A stretch of 63,674 bases of DNA from Chiloscyllium plagiosum (lineage: Eukaryota), in contig NC_057749.1 of NCBI RefSeq assembly GCF_004010195.1, forward strand, positions 19,360,432 to 19,424,105, in the 5' to 3' direction. The notes beneath the pieces are model-generated. The model saw only the letters and a program-made list of their open reading frames with translations. It was not told where the DNA came from and did no database searches. A program made the position numbers and the translations under genes. Positions 38,262 through 49,529 of this stretch are shown piece by piece. The first letter of the stretch is position 1. Each line of letters opens with the position of its first letter.

Positions 38262-39357
38262 CATAGTGTCCTACAGCAGGGAAGACAGGCCCTTCAGCCC
38301 AAACTGGTCCATGCTGACCAAAATGTCCGTCTATGCTAATGCCATTTCCCTGCACTTGGCCCATATCCTTCTAAACCTTTCCTATCCTTGAATTTGTCCA
38401 AATGCCTTTTAAATGTTGTTAAGTACCTCGCGTCACCACTTCTGCTGGCAGCTCATTCCATATGTGTACCACTCTGAGTAAAAAGGTTGCCCCTCAGGTT
38501 TCCCTTTCATTCTTTCCGTCCTAACCTTAAACTGATTCCCTCTAGTCTTCGATTCCCCAATTTTGGGAAAAAGACTGAGTGCATTCACCCTATCCCTACC
38601 TCTCATGATCTTATATACTTCTATTAGATTCCCCCCCCTGCTCTCCCCCAACCCTTGAGTCCTGACAACATCCTCGTAAATTTCTTCTGCACTCATTCCA
38701 GTTTAATAAGATCCTTCCTATAGCAAGGTGACCAAAAGTGAATACAATACTCCAAAGTGCGGACTCACCAATGTCCTGTACAAATGCAATGTAACTTCCC
38801 AACGTCTATACTCAGTGCCTTGACTGATGAAGATCAGTGTGCCAGAAGCTTTCTTCATTTCCCTGTCTACCTGTGACTCCACTTTCAAAGAACTGTCCGT
38901 CTGAATTTCAAGGTCTCTCTGTTCCACTATACTCATTAAGGCCCTAACATTCACCAAGGAGCTCCTCTGTTGATTTGACTTTCCAAAATGCAAGACCTCA
39001 CACTTATCTATATTAAACTCCATTTGCCATTTCTCTGCCCACTTCCTCAGCTGATCATGGTCCTGCAATTTCTGATAGCCTTCCTCACTGGGCATGATAC
39101 TGCCTCTTTTAGTGTCATCAGCAACCTTACTAATCATGCCTTGTACATTCTCATCCAAATCATTGATATAGATAACAAACAGCAATGGGCCGAGCACCGA
39201 CCCCTGAGGGACACCACTAATCACTGCAGCCCTTCTTGAATGAGGGTATAACATTTGCTACTCTCCAGTCTTCCTATGGTTAACAATGATGCAAAAATAT
39301 CAGCCAGGGCCCCCGCAATTTCTTCTCTAGCCTCTTGCAGTGTTCTTGGATCTATCT
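38262..39357 (-). mobile_element. CR1/HER1 LINE fragment
   Basis: SGVPQGSVLGPLLF, ADDTK and PRTL.EAREEIAG; 3' stem-loop. Confidence 0.88.
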
Positions 39358-39359
39358 GG

Positions 39360-39511
39360 ATTTGTATATCTTCATTTAATAAAGGACCTTTTGTGACCTC
39401 AGGACATTCCAAAGCACTTTGCAGCCCCGGAAGCACGTTCGGTTGAAATGTTGTTGTTAATGTAACATGGGACATGTAGCAGCCAGTTTTGGCAAAGCAA
39501 GCTCCCACAAA
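39360..39511 (-). mobile_element. DeuSINE-like (SacSINE1/AmnSINE-type) fragment
   Basis: gacctcaggacattccaaagcacttt...gcagcca...agcaagctcccacaaac resembles the Deu-domain as I recall it. Confidence 0.5.
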
Positions 39512-40772
39512 CATGGCCACAGGTGAGGTGCTGGAACAGTGGAGGTTGGTTAATGGTGTGCCATTATTTAAGAAAGGTCTGCAAGGAAAGGCCAGCGCCC
39601 AAAGACTAGTGATCCTAATGTCAGTGGTGGGTAATATGTTGGAGGAGATTCTGAGAGACAAGATCTACGTTCATTTGGAAAGGCAAGCATGACTTTGTGT
39701 GTGGGAAATTGTGTCTCACAAATTTGAGTTTTTTTGAGAAGGTAACCAAAAAGATAGATGAAGACAGAGCAGTAGGCGTTATGCACGTGGACTTTAGCAA
39801 GGCCTTCAGCAATGTTCCGCATGGTAGACTGATTAGTAAGGTTAGATCATATGGAGTCCAGAGAGAGCTTGCCAGTTAGATACAAAATTGGCTTGCTGGT
39901 AGGAGATAGGGGATTGTTGTTCAGAGTGGATGTCTGTGACCAGTGGTGTGCCACAAGGATTAACGCTAGGTCCACTGCTTGTCATTTATTTTCTCATCCA
40001 AATTGTTTATATAAGAAGCATGCTTAGTAAGTATTTGGATGACACCAAACTTGGTGGTATAATGAAAAAAAAAAATCGAAGAGTACAACGGGATCTTAAT
40101 GAAATAGGCTGAAGAATGGCAGTTGGAGTTTAATACAGATAAATACGAGGTAATCAGGGTAAGACTTACACAGTTAATGGTAGGATCCTGGGGAATGTTC
40201 TAGAACACAGAGACCTAGAGGGTCAGATGCATACTTCATTGAAAGTGGTGTCACAGAGAGACAGGGTGGTGAAGGTGGTGTTTGGCACACTTGCCTTCAC
40301 TGGTCAGAGCACTGAGTACAGGAGTCGGGATGTCATTTTATGGCTGTACAAGGCCACATTTGGAGTACTGCGTGCAGTTCTGGTTGCCTTGCTATAGGAA
40401 GGATATATAGAGGCTGGATAGGTTGAGTTTTTTTTCCCCTCCAAGAGTGTGAAGGGTGACATTAGCGAGGTTTGTAAAATCATGAGGGGCATAGATAAGG
40501 TGTTTTCTCCAGGATAGGGGAATCCAAAACCAGAGGGCATAGATTTAAGGTGAGGGGAAAAGATTTAAAAGGGGCAACACACAGAGGGAAACATATTTGG
40601 AATGAGCTGCCAGAGCAAGTGGTAGAGGCGAGTACAATTAAACATTTAAAAGACATTTGGATTAGTACATGGATAGGAAAGGTTTAGCTGGATATGGGAT
40701 TAGTTCAGTTTAGGACACCTGGTCAATGTGGAAGCTGGGCCAAAGGGTCTGTTTCTGTGCTGCATGACTCTG
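39512..40772 (+). mobile_element. Degenerate HER1/CR1 LINE RT to 3' end
   Basis: W..ANVVPLFKKG-like, DFSKAF, SGVPQG and DDTK remnants; 3' tail. Confidence 0.85.
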
Positions 40773-40800
40773 CAACAGCAGGTTTTAGATTCTGAGTGGG

Positions 40801-41480
40801 TAAGAATCACACAACATCACGTTATAGTCCGACAGGTTTACTTGGAAGGATTAGCTTTTGGAGCGCTGCTCCTTCATCAGATGGTTGTGGAGTCTAAGAT
40901 CGTAGGACACAGAATTTATAGCAAAAGTGATGTAACTGAAATTATACATCGAAAATGACCAGGATTGTTTGTTAAGTCTCTCATCTTTTAGAATGTGTAA
41001 ATTTGTACTTATGAAATGACATTTTATTTTGCTAAAAACTACAAGAGTCCATGTAAATTTCTGTAAATCCCTTTTTTTAGATTAGATCAGTCTGAACATT
41101 GGGTCACAGACAGTCTCACACCTTCAGTGCAATATCTGAGTCAACATGGCACCTATTGTTAAATTTCACTTGAGAATGTAACTTAAAGAAAGTTCTGCAA
41201 TTTACATATGAAAGAATTGAAACCAACATACCCATTCTAAAAGTTGAGAGACTTAACACCTCAATCCAGGTCTTTTTTCAATATATATTTGCAGTTACAT
41301 CACACTGTAAATTTTTGCTATAAATTCTGTGTCCTATGATCTTAGACTCCACAACCACCTGATGGAAGGAGCAGCGCTCCGACAGCTAGTGCTTCCAATT
41401 AAACCTGTTGGATTATAACCTGGTGTTGTGTGATTTTTAACTTTATACACCCCAGTCCAACACTGGCACCTCCAAATCAT
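40801..41480. mobile_element. Long inverted-arm Penelope-derived element (family B)
   Basis: About 200-bp inverted arms, each with CTGATG(G)AAGGAGC..GCTCC..AGCTA; terminus ccccagtccaacactggcacctccaaatca shared with the copies at 29640 and 47414. Confidence 0.8.
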
Positions 41481-41801
41481 AAGAATAGAATGTTTGTTAT
41501 ACTAAATGAATTTGTTTTGTTTTGACCATCTACCAGACTATAGGATATTCTAATCAAACAACATGGTATATTAGCATCCTGTCACCCAGACTAAGCACGT
41601 AACTGCAACCAGTTCAGATTGATATAGTGAAAAAAAGTTTGCAAATTCATAATTCTCACCTTTATTCTTATGCAGTTTATGCAACTGACCCTGCATTTTA
41701 ATTCCAAACCTGTCATTATTAATGAATATGCTGCTTACTCCATGGGCTCCCCTTGCTGTCTGATAACTGAAGACTGAACGGTTATTTCTGCTGTCTTGCA
41801 G

Positions 41802-41913
41802 GTGTGATCTCCTGGAACAACCCATGACAACCAAGCCTCTCTCCATCACTGACTTTCAGATCCAGCTTTCCTTCACTCCATTCCAGATCCGTTCCCTACT
41901 GCTCACGTTCTGA
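41802..41913 (+). CDS. MAN2C1: MAN2C1 terminal coding exon: CDLLEQPMTTKPLSITDFQIQLSFTPFQIRSLLLTF*
   Basis: gtcttgcag acceptor; CDLLE and F.PFQ..SLLL C-terminal motifs; TGA stop at 41911-41913. Confidence 0.94.
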
Positions 41914-42069
41914 GCTATCCTTGTCAAAACTGGGCCTCATACAGGATTGCTATTAATAAGTTTCTTTTTAAATTATCATTGTGTTGTATTTAGGAACTAT
42001 TTCAATCAAGCATACTGTAGCAAATGAAGTGTGTTATTTAATGAAATTACCAACACAAAACACTACTGA

Positions 42070-42075
42070 ATTAAA
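42070..42075 (+). terminator. Candidate MAN2C1 polyadenylation signal (ATTAAA)
   Basis: ATTAAA about 160 nt after the stop, with UGUA motifs upstream; an alternative AATAAA lies at about 43138. Confidence 0.35.
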
Positions 42076-42644
42076 AGGTATTTCTTGATCATTCCTTACA
42101 CTGTTTACACTAGAGTGCGAGTTGCTAGTTTTCACATATGACTGAAGGTAGAATGTTAGGGTCTCAGCAGCAGCAACAACAGATATTATACAGCAGTTTT
42201 GACATCGTAAATTGGATCAAGCTGCCATCAAAAACTAGTGAGAGACTCGGAAGGGTGAACAAAACGTTGTTCTAAGGTGAACTTTAAGCAGTATTTTGAT
42301 GAAGAAATTTAGAAAGGGAATGATAGAGTGTAGGGCCTGAAGGCAACGGCCACAGATGGAAGGCACAGAGTATTTGACGTAAAACACCAGAATGGGTGAA
42401 GCACATCGGGTTGTGGAGCATTGTAGAAGATTGCAGGGACAGGGAGAGACTTTAATAGCAGAATGGAAATGTTAAATTCATGGCCAGCAAGCCTGGGAGT
42501 GAGATATGACTGGGACTGATGAGAGTTAAAATTTGGCTTCCCATATTTTATGTAAATTTACAGAGGGTATAAAATGGAAGACTGGCTAGGGGAATGTTGC
42601 AAGAGTCCAGTCTGCGCTTAACAGTATGTGGATTTCAGCAGCAG

Positions 42645-42861
42645 TTGTGTTTGTTGTGAGAAAAGCACTGCAGGTCAGGCAGCATCCGAGGAGCAGGAAA
42701 ATCCACATTTTGGGCCGGAGTCCTTCATCGGGAATGATGAAGGGCTCAAGTCTGAGATGTCGATTCTCCTGTTCCTCAGATGCTGCCTGACCTGCTGTGC
42801 TTTTCCAACAACACATACTTGACTCTGATTTCCAGCAGTTGCAGTCTTCACTGTCTCCTAA
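42645..42861. mobile_element. Palindromic Penelope-derived family A element
   Basis: 14-bp TSD GATTT(C/T)AGCAGCAG at 42631-42644 and 42862-42875; inverted arms. Confidence 0.85.
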
Positions 42862-43729
42862 GATTTTAGCAGCAGACAGGCTGGGGTAGAGATGGGTGAT
42901 AAGGCACAATCCATAAACTGTTCCTTTATTTTAGCTGTTGACCACATCTCAATGATCAGAACAAATACATGGGAAATACTTTCTATTAGAAAATATTTGT
43001 ACAATTCACCAGACCGGGACAAAAGTCTGCCATCAGGAGACTTCCCTCCAGTTTGTTAAAACATACACATGGCAAACTGGTTTCTAAAGATCTATTTAAA
43101 GTCAGTAAATACAAACCCTGTTCAGAATGATTAGTGGAATAAACATTTTTTTGTAATTATGCAAAATGAATGAGTAAATACACTTTGCCAAAAATCAAGA
43201 TTGTATAGAGAAGAATGCATCAACAATCCCCATTCTCAAGGAGACATCATGGTGCACTTAATCTGCTCAAGACTTGTAATTTGCACTTGATTCACATACC
43301 CTATCACAAATATATTAGGGTACACTGATCAAATATGTCTCTACAGTGAGGGAAAACAAGTCATTTTAGCCTCCTAGTTGGAATATATTGAGTCACAGAA
43401 CCTGTTTCACACAAGCTAGGGGAATATCAGGAGATAACTCAACAAAGCAGGAAAAAAAAGGTGGAAGAAAATTGGTGTGTTCCGAAAAACCCAACTTATT
43501 CCATGCAACAGACTGTGTTATCATTGAGATTAATCAGGTCAATTCCAATCACTGACTGTTTGCTGGAATTAACAAATTATTAAGTTGGGCAATGAAGGAA
43601 AAGGCTTCTCTGCTCTAGGCCTAGGTAAAAGGAATAAATTTAACTGCTGGTACGTCATTTCCCTTATTTACATTTAGCTTGTATAGTTAGTACTGCAACC
43701 AGCTAGAGATATGGAAATCAATGCAGGTA

Positions 43730-44070
43730 AACCAGGTTTGATACAGCATAAATAAGGTTAACAGCAAAGGTCTTTTCCCAAGGTGGATGTGTACAAAACC
43801 ACAGGCTGTATTTTTAAGGGCAGAGGAGAAAGATTTAGTAGGGATCTGTGGGGCAACTTTTTCACACACAGGGTGGTTTGTGTGTGGAATGAACTGCCAG
43901 AGGAAGTGGTGGATGCACTTACAACATTTAAAAGACATTTGGATAGATGCATGAATAGGAAAGGTTTGGAGGGATAAGGGCCTAACTCAGGCAGGTGGGA
44001 TTAGTTTGGGAAACCTGGTCAGTACAGATGAATTGGACCGAAGGGTCTGTTTCTGTGCTGTATGACTCTT
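43730..44070 (+). mobile_element. CR1/HER1 3' fragment
   Basis: FFTHRVVCVWNELPEEVV and 3' stem-loop tail. Confidence 0.85.
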
Positions 44071-45354
44071 TGGTCCATTCCTGACATTTCTTTCCTGAAA
44101 TAAATGTTGATTTGACTGGGGTTTTACCAACTAGTTATTACTTCTGCTAAATTGGAGCGATGGCAAACCACTTCATGTAGCCTGCATGTTAGTGGTGTAC
44201 AATGCAGTGTTACATAAACATTGCATGGTCGCCAATGTGGCGATACTGCAGTTGTTTCCATTTCATTGTACAGATTACCGCAAAGAAAACAAGCTGAAAT
44301 CTCAAAGACTGCTGTGAGCTGGCCAAGATCCATCAGGGGAGTTGCAACTCAGTTTTTAAAAAGTCAAAGTATAATGTTAAAATAACTTTTATCCAGAGAG
44401 GCCACATTAGCTGCCAGACACTTTAAGGCCCAGATTTAGATAAGTACACACAAACACGTAGACTTGATGATGACATGATGTTTGGTTTTACTGCTACCAT
44501 GACTAACTGCAGCAGTCATTGCTCTTTTACAAACGAAGTCAGGGGCACATCTTCGGGCATTAAAGGATTTATGAAACAAGTTACTCAAAGCCAATGGAAT
44601 AACTGGGCCAAGAACATCAGTGTATTTATGGTGTTATGCTATCAAAATATGTGTAAAATGGTCATTAATTTTTGACCAAATCCAATGGAAAAGGCACATT
44701 TTTGGAATACACCATTTCTTTAAGGTAATGAAACATAACAGCCTCTTTGACAACACTCATATGCTCCACTTAATTGGCATAAATGAAAGCTCAGGAAACA
44801 ACAGCATAAGAAGAATTATGGTTGTCAGAAATCCCAAGTGCCCTGTGTCATGGGTGATGGATGCCCCTAAACCACAGAGAGCGAACAGGAGCATAACAAA
44901 AACAGACAGTTGTCCATCAACCACAGGCAAGTAATCAAAGAGATGGGGCATGAAGTAAAGCCATAGATAACATTTATAAATAAGAGTTTTGTGTATAAAA
45001 GATATACACACAAAACAAGCCAGATTGAAAAATCTAAAAAGCTGAAAGGATTAGTGGTTTAAACAGTGGGGGAACATTTACAGTACAAGCCAATTTGCCA
45101 TAAAATGCAACAGGTTAAAGATGAACTCTCTCCAATTAATTACAAGTGCTTTAAGTTGACGAAATGCCTCGACTATAAACCAGTGTTACTCTGACAGCCA
45201 GCTGTTGCAGGTTTGTTCAGTGGGTAAATGATCAGAAAACTGTTGGGGGGCAGTTTTGTTACTAAAGGCAGGCTGTAGTGAATAGGTGCAATAGATCCTG
45301 ATATGGGTCAATTTGGGTGGAAATAAGGAATGGCAAGTGAAAGTCATCACATTT

Positions 45355-45600
45355 GGGGGTTGGGGCTTTCCTCCGGATGCTCCAATTTTCTCCCACAGTC
45401 CAAAAATGTGCAGGTTAGGTGAACTGGACATGCTAAATTGTCCATAGTGTTGAGGGATATGTAGACAAGGTGCATTAGTCAGGGGTAAATGTAGAGAAAT
45501 AATAGGGTAGGGGAATGGGTCTGGGTGGGATACTCTTCAGGGGTCAGTGTGGACTTGTTGGGCCAAAGGGCACGCTTCCACACGTAGGGATTCTATGATA
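45355..45600 (+). mobile_element. 5'-truncated HE1-like SINE
   Basis: V-domain and 3' tail match the other copies. Confidence 0.8.
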
Positions 45601-47413
45601 TAATAAAATGTGAAATAGGATTGATAAGCAACCTCATATCAGTATCCTCAACTTAAATGTGGACAATTATACATATGAAGAAAGAGTTGTCTAAAGCTAA
45701 CTATGAAATTAGGGGAAGGTTAGTGGAAAAACAATGCAGACCTTTAAATGAAATGTTCATAATGGTCAGCAAAAATTATGGTCAAAAAAGGATCTGACGA
45801 GAAGGATGAACCAGCTGTGGTTAACAAAAATGGTTAAGGAGAGTAACCAATCAAACACAAGTGCATACAAAGTGATGGAAAACAGTGGTAGGCCAGAAGA
45901 TTGGGAATTTATTTTTTTTAGGAACCAGCAGTGAATAACTAAAAAGATACCAAAACACAAATTGATTAGGAAAGTAAATTGGCAAGAAATATGAAAATAA
46001 ATTGTGTTTCTACAAGTATATAAAACAAGCAGCTAAAATGAATGTTGGACCCTTGGAGGATGGGACTGGGGAATGGATAGTGAGGGGAAAACAGGAAAAT
46101 GGCAGTAATTTAAACTGATATTTGCACTGTTTTGAATGGTGGTGGACTCTTATAAACACCCCAATGCACTGATGGGAGGAAAGATTTTGTAGCAGCCTCG
46201 GTCACAAAGGGCAAAGTATTTTGAAACTAAGGGGATTGAAAGGAGGAGTGTTGCCACAACTTAATGGCCTACAGCCACAAGCTTTAAAAGGACATAACTG
46301 TAGGGATTGGCCAAAATATTCTACAACTCATTGGATTCTAGGAGGGGTTCTAGACTATTGGAAAACTACAAATGTAATGCTCCCACTCAAGAAGTGAAAG
46401 AACAGAAAGCAGTGCCAGTTAGACTGTTCAGAGTCAGATGTACAGCATGGAAACAGAGCCTTCAGTGCAACCCATCTATGCCAACCAGACATCACCAACC
46501 CAATGTAGTCCCACCTGCCCACATCCCTCCAAACCCTTCCTGTTCAGATGTCCATCCAGCTGCCTTCTGAATGTTGCAATTGTACCACCCTCTACCACTT
46601 CCTCTGGCAGCCCATTCCACATGTGCATCACCCTCTACATGAAAATGTTGCCCCTTAGGTCTCTTATTTTCCCCCTCGCATCACCCCTGGGAAAAGAATC
46701 ATCTATTTACCCCATTCATGCCCCTCATAAACCTCTATAGGGTCATCCCTCAGTCTCCAACGCTCCAGGGAAAACAGTCACAGCCTATTCAACCTCTCCT
46801 TAAAGCTCAAATCGTCCAACCCTGGTAACATCCTTGTAAACCTTTTCTGAATCCTTTCAAGTTTCACAACATCCTTCTGATAGGAGGGAGACTAGAATTG
46901 AACAAAATATTCTAAAAGTGGCCTAACCAATGTCCTGTACAGCTGCAACATGTCCTCCCAACTCACGTACTCAATACTCTGACCAATAAAGGTAAGCATA
47001 CCAAACACCTTCTTCATTATCCTATCTACCTGCAACTCTACTTCCAAAGAGCTATGACCCTGCACTCCAATGTCTCTTTGTTCAGCAATACTCCCTAGGA
47101 TCATTAGCAGCAAGAATAGGCTATTCAGTAACTCAAACCTACCTTACTCTTCTTTAAGATAATGCTGGATTTGCCCAAGGTCTCAACTCTTCTTCCACAC
47201 CAGCTCCACGTAATTCCTAACTCCTTAATGTTTCTTAAACATTGTGATATAGCCCACAACTCTGAGGTAAAACATTCCAGACATTCACTCCACAGGAAAT
47301 CTTTCACATCTCAGTTACAAAATAAGGGACATGCATTTAAAACTATATTACTTAATTCAAGATTTCCCCAAGAGTAGAAATAAATGCTAATGAATAAAGG
47401 CTTCATTTGTTTA

Positions 47414-47616
47414 TGATTTGGAGATGCCGGTGTTGGACTGGGGTGTACAAAGTTAAGAATCACAACACCAGGTTATAGTCCAACAGGTTTAATTGGAAGC
47501 ACACTAGCTTTCGGAGCGACGCTCCTTCATCACCTGATGAAGGAGCGTCGCTCTGAAAGCTAGTGTGCTTCCAATTAAACCTGTTGGACTATAACCTGGT
47601 GTTGTGTGATTCTTAA
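47414..47616. mobile_element. Near-perfect palindromic Penelope-derived element (family B)
   Basis: Perfect 13-bp TSD CTTCATTTGTTTA at 47401-47413 and 47617-47629; arms of about 82 bp around a 2-3 nt centre. Confidence 0.92.
47531..47565 (+). ncRNA. Minimal type I hammerhead ribozyme motif
   Basis: CAC-CUGAUGA-A-GGAGC(GUC)GCUCU-GAAA-GC-UA-GUG: stem I CAC/GUG, stem II, conserved core, palindromic AGCU in place of helix III, and a CUA cleavage triplet. Confidence 0.65.
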
Positions 47617-49529
47617 CTTCATTTGTTTAGTCATTCTTGTCAATTCAGTCCCTTCATCCCAGGAATGAGCCTAGCTAATCTCTTTTGAACCACCTCCAAT
47701 ACTATTATATCTTAAAAACGAAGATCAAAACTCTAGACAACTCAATGTGTAGCCTCTCCAACATCTGGCATAATTATAATATTCCAAATTTTGTTTCACA
47801 GACAAAAAAAACACCTAGATGCCTCCATGTTAAACTTTCTTTTTCAAAGAAGTCTTTCCATTAAATAATGGTTTGGCTTTGATGTTTCCTGCTTTCTGGC
47901 AAATATTTGCCCATTCACTCAACCTCTCTCTCCCTTTGCAGATACCTTACATCCTCACCACAACATGCCCTCCTTCCTATTTTTGTCATGGACCAATTTG
48001 GTCAGATCTTAGAGTCTACTCCCTCAAAATTATTAATGTTGATAGATATTGATACAGTACTAAATAGTTGAGGCCCAAGAATGGATTTTTGTGGCACTCT
48101 ACTAGTTACACCTATCTAAGCTGAAAAAGACCAATTACCTTTGATCCACTGTCCATGCTGATACAGAATACAAAAATTTTAATAGCAGACCATCTGGAAA
48201 ATAGCAACAGGGTTGGACATATGAAAAGAAAGTTCTGCTTGATGATTGCTAGCAGAATTGAGTACAAGAGTGATAAGGATGTTTCTGACTTGGACAGAGT
48301 GCAAAGGTTTACCAAGTTTGCCAGGACTAACAAATGAAAACAGCCTGGATTAGATTAAGAATATATTAACTGGAGTTTAGAAAAATGGGGTGTGTGTGTT
48401 TGTGCACGTGCGTTTGTGGGGGTAGGGGAGTCACATAGAACTCCATGAACTTCTAACAGACCTAGACAGGGCAAATGCAGGAAGGACGTTTCTGAAGACT
48501 GGGGAGTTCAGAACTAGGGTTCACAGTCTAAGGTAAAGGAATGAGCCATTTTGAACAGAGAAATTCCTTCACTTAACAGAGTGATATATCGGTGAAACTT
48601 TCTTCTACAGAAATCAGGCTAAAATGTTAAAGTCTAATGATGCTCAGAAAAATATAATGACAGAATGGGTATCCCAAAGAGAAATGATCAACAGGGAAAT
48701 GTCACTATCTTCACTTGAAGGTATTTAATCTAAAGGTACAGATCACCTTGAAAAGTTGAATAAAGTAGCATGAATTTTTGAATAGCCAGAAAATGAGTAA
48801 AATCAGGAGTGTCAATCTGCACAATTCTTGATAAGGTTTCAAGCAACATATTGAGATTCAATGAAACAAATCAATGGGACAAATTTATTTTCAGAAATTT
48901 TAATCTTTGACCCTAAATTCCTTTAACTTCAAGGACTTGCTCCTGTATTTTGCAACCAAGGAGTTCGGTTCACATCATCTTGTACCACCAAGTGCTTTTG
49001 AAGGACTTCCCAACTGATGACAGGAGAATTCTTCTTGAAACGTTGTAACCATCACCATTTTGGGTCAAGTATAGCAAATGATTGCAGCACTGTATCACAA
49101 TGTGACTACAAACAGGATATTAAACATGAGGGGGGAACTTGACAGTCGTTGATCTTCAGATTGGAACATCTCAAATGGTCCTGGTGTCCAACGCACAACC
49201 AGTCACTATTTATCAAATACAATGAGTTACCTTTTCATCAACCAAAAATGATGAATATGTGTCTCAAGTATGTAAATAATCAAGTACTGACACTACTTTA
49301 TTCACTTCTGTATGAGATGTGTGCCTTGTCACTACTGAGAGAAAGTATTATGAGTCTCACAAATGTCTAACACTAGCCGATAATAGTTCGGATAGTTGTA
49401 CCATTCAATAATATCTGGAAGTTATGCATTTGCTTCTTTAGAATTATAATCAAAAATTGTTTCCCCAAACCACCAGGCACCAACCACTATGCTAGAACCA
49501 CACTGGGGAATTATCTTTGTTTGTAAATG

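Larger units (their letters stand above)
45600..48620. mobile_element. Mosaic of old CR1 fragments including a younger minus-strand HER1 3' piece (about 46430-47105)
   Basis: [22 protein letters not shown] and other decayed ORF2 remnants on both strands. Confidence 0.7.

Noticed and set aside
47450..47619. miRNA precursor or classical DNA-transposon MITE
   Set aside because: Asymmetric arms, a 13-bp TSD and a hammerhead core point to a Penelope origin; there is no small-RNA evidence to support a miRNA call.
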